This document shows, one piece after another, positions 1 through 7,100 of a stretch of 18,879 bases of DNA. This DNA is from a virus. Position 1 is the stretch's first letter; the number at the start of each line of letters is the position of its first letter. The translations under genes and the position numbers were made by a program. The stretch lies in UHGV virus genome UHGV-1689020, one strand, 5' to 3'. The notes beneath the pieces are model-generated. The model saw only the letters and a list, made by a program, of their open reading frames with translations, was not told the DNA's origin and searched no databases.

Positions 1-44
1 ATTCCCCATTATACGCGCGTATAATGGGGAATTATGTGCTGATT
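1..44. repeat. telRL: telRL/telO-like protelomerase target site (telomere resolution palindrome); left outer arm cut off by the window start
   Basis: nt 1-32 ATTCCCCATTATACGCGCGTATAATGGGGAAT is a perfect 32-bp palindrome centred on CGCG; the core CATTATACGCGCGTATAATG matches my recollection of the N15 telO core; nt 33-44 TATGTGCTGATT looks like the right outer repeat whose inverted partner would lie left of position 1; sits directly upstream of a protelomerase gene. Confidence 0.8.
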
Positions 45-207
45 TTTAGAACAAAGTCAAGGAACAAATTTTGACGTTCCGATATTGTGTTTTTGTTTAT
101 TATCCGTCATTATGTTCTGTTAGTTTGAAGCTAAGTTAACGCGTTATTAGTTATCTTATTCTCAAATTGTGTTACGATAATCAGAGCTGATAATCAGGAG
201 AGGAAAG

Positions 208-2121
208 ATGAGCAAAGTAAAAATCGGTGAATTAATAAACTCACTTGTTAGCGATGTTGAGTCAATAGATAACTCTGACCGTCCTCAAGGGGAAAAAACA
301 AAAAAAATAAAGGCTGTTGCATTAAAATTTAAAAATGCATTATTTAATGATAAGCGAAAGTTTAGGGGGAAAGGATTAGAAAAAAGAATTACAGCCAACA
401 CCTTCAATGCCTATATGAGCAGGGCCAGAAAACGGTTTGATGATAAACTTCATCATAGCTTTGAAAAAAATATACATCGCCTATCTGAAAAGTATCCTTT
501 ATATAATGAGGAGCTATTGTCATGGCTTTCTCTACCTGCTGCCGATATTCGCCAGAGAATGTCAGCTTTACAGGCAAAATTAAAATTAATTCTCCCTTTA
601 TCAGAAGATTTATCTAATATCAGAATTGGTGATAACAAAAGTCATAATAAGTTATTAAAATTATCAAATAAATATAAAGAGTGGCAATTCGCCATATCTG
701 ATTTAACTAGCGATAACTGGAAAGATAAGCGCGATTATTTATATAAATTACTACAGCAAGGATCTGCCTTACTTGAGGAGTTGAATCAGCTAAAAGTTAA
801 CCATGAGATTCTCTATCATCTTCAACTAAGCCCTGCCGAACGCGCATCTATCCAGCAACGATGGGCGGACGTTCTGCACAATAAGAAACGTAACGTGGTG
901 GTCATTGATTACCCTAAATATATGCAAGCTATTTACGATATTATAAATAGCCCTGCTACATTAAATAATCTAAACACTCGTTCAGGTATGGCTCCTTTGG
1001 CATTTGCACTTGCTGCATTGTCAGGAAGACGAATGATTGAGATTATGTATCAAGGTACATTTACTGTTTCTGGTAAGTATACCGTTGATTTTTTAGGCCA
1101 AGCAAAAAAAAGAACTTCTGATGATATAACCAGAAAAATATATACATTATGCGAAGCAAAAACATTTGTTTATTTAATAAATGTACTTCGCTCATGCCCA
1201 GCAGCATCTGATTTTGATGATGTCGTTAAAGGTTATGGAGATAACGACACACGCTCTGAAAACGGACGGATTAATGCCATATTAGCAAAGGCTTTTAACC
1301 CGTGGGTTAAATCATTTTTCAAAGATGACCGCCGTGTTTATAAAGATAGTCGTGCTATTTATGCCCGTATTGCGTATGAAATGTTTTTCCGCGTAGATCC
1401 TCGTTGGAAAAACGTAGATGAGGATGTTTTCTTTATGGAAATTTTAGGCCATGACGATGAAAACACTCAATTACACTATAAGCAATTCAAGCTGGCCAAC
1501 TTCTCAAAGACATGGAGGCCAAATACTGGAAACGAAAATACCAGGCTGGAAGCATTGCAGCAGCTTGATGACGAAATGCCAGGATTCGCCAGAGGAGATG
1601 CCGGGGTTCGTCTGCATAACACAGTTAAGCAGCTGGTAGAGCATGACCCCTCTATAAAAATCACGAACAGCACTCTAAGAGCATTCAAATTTAGCCCTAC
1701 AATGATTAGTCGATACCTGGAATTTGCTGCTGATGCTCTGGGGCAATTTGTTGGCGAAAATGGACAATGGCAGCTGAAAATAGATTCTCCAGAAATCGTT
1801 ATGCCTGACGAAGAAGAGCTGGAAGCAATACCTGAACAGACGGATGAATTATCAGAGGATGACGATCTGGATGACGACGAAATTGAGATAGAGGAAGAGG
1901 AAGAGGAAGAGGAAGAGGAAGAGGAAGAGAGCGTAGAAGAACAGCAACCGCCCGCGCCTTCTTCACCTGTATCTAAGCCGGTATTTAAGCCTGTGAGAAA
2001 TATTGGTGATGGCTCATACGTTGTTGAGTTTCATTATAATGGCCAGAATTATGCTTGGTCCGGCAGTGCAAACAGCCCTATATCAGCAATGCAGTTAGCA
2101 TGGCTGACATATTTCGGATAA
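208..2121 (+). CDS. telN: protelomerase (telomere resolvase), N15 TelN-like
   Basis: 637-aa ORF; N-terminus MSKVKIGELIN...FNDKRKFRGKGLEKRITANTFNAYMSRARKRFDDKLHHSF and long internal stretches match my recollection of N15 TelN nearly residue for residue; acidic C-terminal linker; AGGAGAGG Shine-Dalgarno before the ATG; adjacent to the telO-like palindrome. Confidence 0.93.
   Translation: MSKVKIGELINSLVSDVESIDNSDRPQGEKTKKIKAVALKFKNALFNDKRKFRGKGLEKRITANTFNAYMSRARKRFDDKLHHSFEKNIHRLSEKYPLYNEELLSWLSLPAADIRQRMSALQAKLKLILPLSEDLSNIRIGDNKSHNKLLKLSNKYKEWQFAISDLTSDNWKDKRDYLYKLLQQGSALLEELNQLKVNHEILYHLQLSPAERASIQQRWADVLHNKKRNVVVIDYPKYMQAIYDIINSPATLNNLNTRSGMAPLAFALAALSGRRMIEIMYQGTFTVSGKYTVDFLGQAKKRTSDDITRKIYTLCEAKTFVYLINVLRSCPAASDFDDVVKGYGDNDTRSENGRINAILAKAFNPWVKSFFKDDRRVYKDSRAIYARIAYEMFFRVDPRWKNVDEDVFFMEILGHDDENTQLHYKQFKLANFSKTWRPNTGNENTRLEALQQLDDEMPGFARGDAGVRLHNTVKQLVEHDPSIKITNSTLRAFKFSPTMISRYLEFAADALGQFVGENGQWQLKIDSPEIVMPDEEELEAIPEQTDELSEDDDLDDDEIEIEEEEEEEEEEEEESVEEQQPPAPSSPVSKPVFKPVRNIGDGSYVVEFHYNGQNYAWSGSANSPISAMQLAWLTYFG
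1891..1929 (+). repeat. (GAGGAA)n hexanucleotide tandem repeat encoding the poly-Glu tract of TelN
   Basis: six and a half perfect tandem GAGGAA units, translated as the E-run in ...EIEIEEEEEEEEEEEEEESVEE. Confidence 0.9.
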
Positions 2122-2132
2122 AGCATACGGTA

Positions 2133-2165
2133 AAGGCACCGAATTATCGGTGCCTTGTTGTGTGG
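2133..2165 (+). terminator. rho-independent terminator candidate after telN
   Basis: AAGGCACCGA-ATTA-TCGGTGCCTT, a 10-bp perfect stem with 4-nt loop, 12 nt after the telN stop, followed by GTTGTGTGG (T/G-rich, not a clean U-tract). Confidence 0.55.
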
Positions 2166-2166
2166 T

Positions 2167-2331
2167 CTACCTCGCCTGCCCCTTTTCGTCCTCATCCAAC
2201 TTTCTGATGGCCGTAGAATCAATACCCGCCGCCATACACACATCAGATGCAACAAACCACGGTTCGCCGTTAATCATCACTACACGAACCTGATGCTCTT
2301 CCTGAAAGGAAAAGACTGCTAACGCGCTCAT
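2167..2331 (-). pseudogene. truncated Bro-N/KilA-N domain antirepressor-like ORF (54 codons)
   Basis: hand translation of the minus strand gives MSALAVFSFQEEHQVRVVMINGEPWFVASDVCMAAGIDSTAIRKLDEDEKGQAR*; the F.F....VR....GEPWFVA.DV...G motif is the N-terminal signature of Bro-N antirepressor domains, but the ORF stops mid-domain; AAGGAGG upstream; its ATG overlaps the stop of the upstream ORF (ATGA); below the length cut-off of the supplied ORF track. Confidence 0.5.
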
Positions 2332-2561
2332 TCAGCCTCCTTATCGTGCAGCAATTGCGACGAGAGCGATGCTGAATAACCCTGTGCTTCGTGTGTTAGC
2401 TCACACGCAATTTGAAGGAGTTTCCCTGCTTCTGAGAGATAAATCGACGCCTCACAACTGGAGATTGTCCGATGGGCTGATGATACGAGCGCATAGACCT
2501 GAGCCAGACGTTCATCCAACGATTCCAGCAGGCCAACAGTGTTCATTTTTACCTGATTCAT
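2328..2561 (-). CDS. hypothetical small helical protein, middle gene of the anti-immunity-type operon
   Basis: 77-aa ORF; GAGGTGG upstream of the ATG; ATGA overlaps with both neighbouring ORFs indicate translational coupling. Confidence 0.55.
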   Translation of the reverse strand: MNQVKMNTVGLLESLDERLAQVYALVSSAHRTISSCEASIYLSEAGKLLQIACELTHEAQGYSASLSSQLLHDKEAE

Positions 2562-2722
2562 GCAGCCACCTCGCGCACCGGAATACGGGCAGACAATACC
2601 AGGACAAACCGGCTGGCGAACTGGCGACGAGCTTCCCGTTCAGATGACGCGATGGTGGAAAGATGATGGATGTGTGACTTTTTGTCTGTGCGAACGATTG
2701 CCGCAAATTTGAATTTGAACAT
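2558..2722 (-). CDS. small basic protein, possibly Icd-like (first gene of the anti-immunity-type operon)
   Basis: hand translation MFKFKFAAIVRTDKKSHIHHLSTIASSEREARRQFASRFVLVLSARIPVREVAA* (54 aa); GGAG 9 nt upstream of the ATG; stop overlaps the ATG of the next ORF; not in the ORF track (below cut-off); the Icd assignment is from position and faint similarity recalled from memory only. Confidence 0.45.
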   Translation of the reverse strand: MFKFKFAAIVRTDKKSHIHHLSTIASSEREARRQFASRFVLVLSARIPVREVAA

Positions 2723-2770
2723 GGTATGCACTCCGTTTAATTGGTCGTGCTACCACCAGAGTTCCTACGC

Positions 2771-2940
2771 TCTATATGGCGGTAGCCCAGACGGGGGTAG
2801 GAATACCGGTAAACGAAGAAACCGGCCAGCTAAAAGCTGCCCCATCTGAGCCACCATAAATTTGGTGTACGCAGATTTTACACACAAAAAAACACGCTGG
2901 CGCGTGTTGTGCGCTTCATTTACTCGGGTTCCTACGCCCG
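2771..2940 (-). ncRNA. candidate C4/CI/CA-like antisense regulatory RNA and leader region
   Basis: on the minus-strand transcript, GGGCGUAGGAACCC (from + 2926-2939) and GAGCGUAGGAAC (from + 2761-2772) are direct repeats flanking UUCCUACCCCC (from + 2793-2803), which is complementary to both (10/11 and about 9/11); an intrinsic terminator lies between the first repeat and the complementary element; exact RNA ends unknown. Confidence 0.3.
2881..2908 (-). terminator. rho-independent terminator inside the leader of the anti-immunity-type operon
   Basis: minus-strand reading AACACGC-GCCA-GCGTGTT followed by TTTTTTTGTGTG (7-bp GC-rich stem, 4-nt loop, U-tract). Confidence 0.55.
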
Positions 2941-2967
2941 GCTACGGGATTTACCGTAGCGGAGTAA

Positions 2968-2997
2968 ACTTTACCGTCAAAACGACGCGCACGTCAA
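2968..2997 (-). promoter_or_regulatory. candidate sigma70 promoter for the leftward anti-immunity-type operon
   Basis: minus-strand TTGACG (from + 2992-2997), 18-nt spacer, TAAAGT (from + 2968-2973); -10 is weak, so the call is tentative. Confidence 0.3.
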
Positions 2998-3016
2998 TAA
3001 TTTGCAAAGACATTTT

Positions 3017-3036
3017 ACCCCGTGACCAGTCACGGG
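3017..3036. promoter_or_regulatory. palindrome family B copy 1 (CCCCGTGAC-CA-GTCACGGGG), operator-like site upstream of the candidate promoter
   Basis: 20-bp 9-2-9 palindrome; its core CGTGAC-NN-GTCACG recurs at 7574-7587 and 14960-14973; lies between the stop of the 3099-3386 gene and the candidate -35. Confidence 0.6.
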
Positions 3037-3098
3037 GACAGGTGTTTTTATAGTTTGCTTGAACGAGTGATCAGAAGTTGATCGTTAATCAAAGGCCA

Positions 3099-3386
3099 TT
3101 ATTGATTAAGAGATTGGAAATACCTAACTAACTTACCGGCATCATCACATTTTTCTTTATCTTCGTCCTTAACATAGCCGCGACAAAAGGCTGAATAAAA
3201 TTTTGCATTTTCAGAAGCAAAAGCAGCCGTCGAAAGGAGCAGCTCTTTGCATGACTCTTTTGATGCAGCATCGGGATTATTTTTACATGCAAGGTCCGCT
3301 GATGAGTTAATAACAGAAATGCTATCTTCCTGGGCATAAACCGCAGCAGAAAAGGCAAAACATAAAACAAAAATAAAACTCTTCAC
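3099..3386 (-). CDS. small secreted or periplasmic cysteine-containing protein, function unknown
   Basis: ORF in track as 3099-3410; preferred start is the GTG at 3384-3386, preceded by AGGAGA at about 7 nt; predicted signal peptide MKSFIFVLCFAFSAAVYA then QEDS...; mature part of about 76 aa with 4 Cys. Confidence 0.6.
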   Translation of the reverse strand: MKSFIFVLCFAFSAAVYAQEDSISVINSSADLACKNNPDAASKESCKELLLSTAAFASENAKFYSAFCRGYVKDEDKEKCDDAGKLVRYFQSLNQ

Positions 3387-3413
3387 TTTATCTCCTGTAA
3401 CAGTCATCACAAT

Positions 3414-3809
3414 TCAATCAACTTTTTTAGCATCAGCCATACGATTCAACCAGAAATCAACAATCGGTTGCTCATCTACAGAATGTTTACCAGGTATAAC
3501 TCGCCAGCTATCTTGCGAAAATCTGCCGTACTTACGCGGGAATAGGCCTTTCTTTATCTCCCGCCATGTACTAGGAAAACCATCCACAAAAGTACCAATT
3601 AACAGGAGAGGGACAAAAATCAGAGCTACAAACCATCGTGCAATAAAGTGTTCAACAACAACATTTTCACCGTTGTAGTAATACGCATACGCATCCAATA
3701 TGCGAATTTTCCTTACCTTAAAAATAGCCTTATGCTGAGAACGACTTAACTTGATACGAATGTATCCCTTATCCAAAGGGGATTCGTATTTGTATGATTG
3801 AACAGCCAT
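3414..3809 (-). CDS. single-pass membrane protein, function unknown
   Basis: ORF in track as 3414-3821; preferred start is the ATG at 3807-3809, just after the upstream stop; one hydrophobic helix WFVALIFVPLLLIGTFV flanked by basic residues. Confidence 0.55.
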   Translation of the reverse strand: MAVQSYKYESPLDKGYIRIKLSRSQHKAIFKVRKIRILDAYAYYYNGENVVVEHFIARWFVALIFVPLLLIGTFVDGFPSTWREIKKGLFPRKYGRFSQDSWRVIPGKHSVDEQPIVDFWLNRMADAKKVD

Positions 3810-3811
3810 TT

Positions 3812-4141
3812 TTAACCCCACTCACCATCAGCAAACAAAGCGTTATACTCTGATAATGGTAAATGATGCCCCTCAATTGCCAGATTAAGCCCCAAACGGG
3901 TAGATGGGTGTTCCTTATCTGGCTCCTCCTCCCACAATTCAGAAGCTAAAGAAGCTAAACGCTCAGCCGCTTTCACGTAGTTTTCTGTCCTGAACCAACC
4001 CAAATTAATCCCACCATCAGTGATCGCCCAAGCTACTTTCTTCTCTTCTTCCTGAATAGCCTTAATGCGTCGATCGCATTCATCCCGGCAGAACTGCAGC
4101 TGACGGTAATCAAGTTTGTCTAAAAATGCAGTCGTCGACAT
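3812..4141 (-). CDS. hypothetical acidic cytoplasmic protein
   Basis: 109-aa ORF; GGGGAG 9 nt upstream of the ATG; first gene of a tight three-gene minus-strand cluster downstream of repA. Confidence 0.6.
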   Translation of the reverse strand: MSTTAFLDKLDYRQLQFCRDECDRRIKAIQEEEKKVAWAITDGGINLGWFRTENYVKAAERLASLASELWEEEPDKEHPSTRLGLNLAIEGHHLPLSEYNALFADGEWG

Positions 4142-4199
4142 ATTCTTACTCCCCGTTCACCGAAAAATCACGATTTCCACATACGATAATATCCACTGA

Positions 4200-7100
4200 T
4201 TACCCAAAGAAAGCGCCCTGCTCTTCGTAGCTGCATGAGCTATTCCCCGTAATGTATTCACGTAACCGCCGCAGCTCATTGCTGGAAAGGTGATCCATGA
4301 ACTCTGTGAGGTACAGAGATGCAAACGTCATAGCTATGCTGGCTGATGACCATGATGACATAGTGGCCAACTCCTCACTGGAAAGCGCACTCATCGCCCA
4401 GGACTCAGGTACAGCCACTGGCAACACGGCCAAAGCCTCAGAAATTACTGAATGAGGGGCGTTTTGAACCTGCTCGTTTGTGGATCGCGTTTTATCATCC
4501 ATATATATATTGAGATCCAAATCGCGATCCATTTCGATGGCTGTCTTCTCGGCTTTACGCGTTTTTAGGGTTAGGCCATCTTTCTGACGCTGAACAAGAA
4601 TATCCAGCATAAATGCCGCTGATTCAGGCTCAACAAAACGCAAGGTTGGACGCTTATCGCCGTCTCTGCCGCGACGTTTACCTGTTTTAAGGCCAAGAGA
4701 GTCGCAAATGTTTTTAAACAACGCTTCCGGCACTTTAGGCTTCCCTTTTGGCGTCATAAAACCACCAATGTGCAGAACGTTATTCAACAGGTCACGGCGT
4801 TCGGCTGTCATGAGGTTATCTCGAGCGAATTTGAGACGCTCCTGAGTCGCCTCGCCGGTCATAGTCTCAGGGTTGATACCGCAGTCGATAAAGTACTGCC
4901 GGAGAGTTGCTGATTTAAGCGCATAGAAACCGCGCGCCCCGACTTCAACAGTAGGAGTAGCTTTTACCTTGTGATCGATTATTCCAGGGAATTTAGTTTT
5001 AAAGACATCATCAGCCTGCTCGCGAGTCATCGCGGTCACTACAAAATATTGCCACTGTCCCGCCTGACGGTATGCGTAGGTAAAATTGATGGCTGCTTCT
5101 TCCCGGTCGTAACGACGAGCTGTTACCTCATCTAAAAGCATTGTTTCATAGCGGCGAACTTTGTCTCGAGCACCATCGAAATAGAATTTCAGCGTGCCTT
5201 CTTCAACCGGTAGTTTCAGTTCGTTTTCAATATCCCAGCGGACAAGTTTTGCCTGTTCTTCAAGCGTCAGCGCGCGTTTTTTTAGCAGTTTTTCACGCTC
5301 TGATTCTTGTGGAGTTTCTGTATTGAGGTGCAGATCCAGTGTCTGTTCCCACACAATATCCCGCGCTTCTTTACGCAGATCTTTACCGATATCATTCGCA
5401 GCATAATCGGTGGCCAGCGGTGATACCTTATAACCGTCGCTGTGCATGATGCAGATCATGTTGCTGGCGTAGTCGTTACGCGCAGTCGCTTCAATTGCGG
5501 CTGCTTTAATTTTCATCCTGGTAAAGTCGGTATTGGCCACCCCCATTGATATACGGTCGCCATCGAAAACGACATCCGTAAGTTCACCGTTCATACCTGC
5601 GGTAGCAAGCAATGCCTGGGCGAATGCTCGTTCTATTTTTTGCGGGTCAGTTTCACGTTTTGCACGAGCTTTATCAAAGCCGATAATAAATTCTTTTGCT
5701 GTACGGTCGCGGCGTAGCATTTGCACTGCGTCGCTGGGTACAACTTCACCACAGAACATGCCGAAATGACGGTCAAAATGTTTTTGCTCAATCGACACGC
5801 CGGATGAAATAGACGGGCTATAAATCAGGCCGTCGTATTTTTTGACCATCTTTTTCGGTTGATTGGTAAATGCTTCAACTTCTGGCTCTGGTTTGTTTTT
5901 CTGGTTTACACACAGAAATTTCTTACCAGGAAAATGCATTCTCAGGGTGGCTGTCACATCTTCTGCAAAGGTGGAGCTGTCGGTGGCCAACATGATTTTT
6001 TCGCCATCCGATACAGCTTTCACCACCTCGGTCATGATGCGATCTTTTTCTGTATAAAAAACCCGGATTGGCTCACCTGTTTCGCGGTTGCGAACATCAA
6101 CAGGTAATTCAATTACGTGGATCTGCAGCCATGCCGGTAAACCTAGTTCTTCACGGCGTTTCATAGCCAGTTCAGCCAGGTCAACCAGCAGATCGTTCGC
6201 ATCAGCATCCACCATTATTGGGTGTTGTTCCGTTCTGGCCAGCGCGTCAATTAGCGTATTGAATACAGCCACTGGGTTTTCCATAGCCCGACCGGAAAGA
6301 ACGGCACGTAGCCCTTGTGTGGCCTCGTCAAAGCCAAAATAGTCGTGCTGGCGCATCAACGGTTGCCAGCAGTTTTTAACAATCGAGTTTATGCAGATGG
6401 TCAGTTTACTGGCGTATGGAGCCATTTCCTGATAGCCAGGGTCCTGATAGTGCAGGATATCGGCTTTTACACCTTTTCCTTCTGTCATCATTTCCCACAG
6501 GCCACCAATAAGGGAGACACGGTGAGCAACAGAGATACCACGTTCTGAGCTATGCATTAACGGTCGTAACAATCCAGTAGATTTGCCGGAACCCATACCA
6601 GCACGGACGATGACTATCCCCTGTAGTGATTGCACGTACTTCAGGAGATCATCGGTCATTACCGAAGTTTCAAAACGCTTATAGGTGATATGTTGAGGGC
6701 GTTTATTGGGATCAGTTATGCGTTCGCTGAAAGAGCGCGGAGCCTGGGCAATACGGCACTTTTTATTCAGGCGACGGGCAATGTGGTCTTTTACCGTAGC
6801 GCGATAGATATTTTCCAGTCCCATTTCACGCAGAACGATGCAGAACATGTTAAATAAATCTGACGGACTGTTAGGAACCGGGCAGGTTAGCATGCCAATA
6901 TCCACCGCTCTCAGCAGCTCTTTGGCAAAAGTACGACGGTTATCCCGCTTAATTGTCTTCAGGCGGTTGAGCGTCAGAGATAGCAAATCAGTACCGGTTT
7001 TCAGGCGGTTTGCTGTTGCAAATAGTTGACGTGCTGTTTCACGAAGTCCACGTAGTTTGTGCAGGTCGTTGAAGTCACTGCACTCCATTTGCGGATCGTC

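Noticed and set aside
1-32. Window-start palindrome as the terminal inverted repeat of a transposon or insertion sequence
   Set aside because: It is a single contiguous perfect palindrome, not two separated repeats, its core matches the protelomerase target, and it abuts telN.
2049-2255. Minus-strand 68-aa ORF overlapping the end of telN
   Set aside because: Overlaps the telN 3' end and the terminator hairpin; the Bro-N fragment in another frame explains the coding signal in 2167-2331.
2512-2706. Track ORF of 64 aa on the minus strand
   Set aside because: A different frame in the same interval (2558-2722) has a Shine-Dalgarno, an ATG start and an ATGA coupling to the next gene, so the track ORF is probably the wrong frame.
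2369-3053. Plus-strand ORFs 2369-2647 and 2862-3053
   Set aside because: Antisense to the coupled minus-strand operon and to its structured leader; no ribosome-binding site; the second overlaps the candidate RNA and terminator elements.
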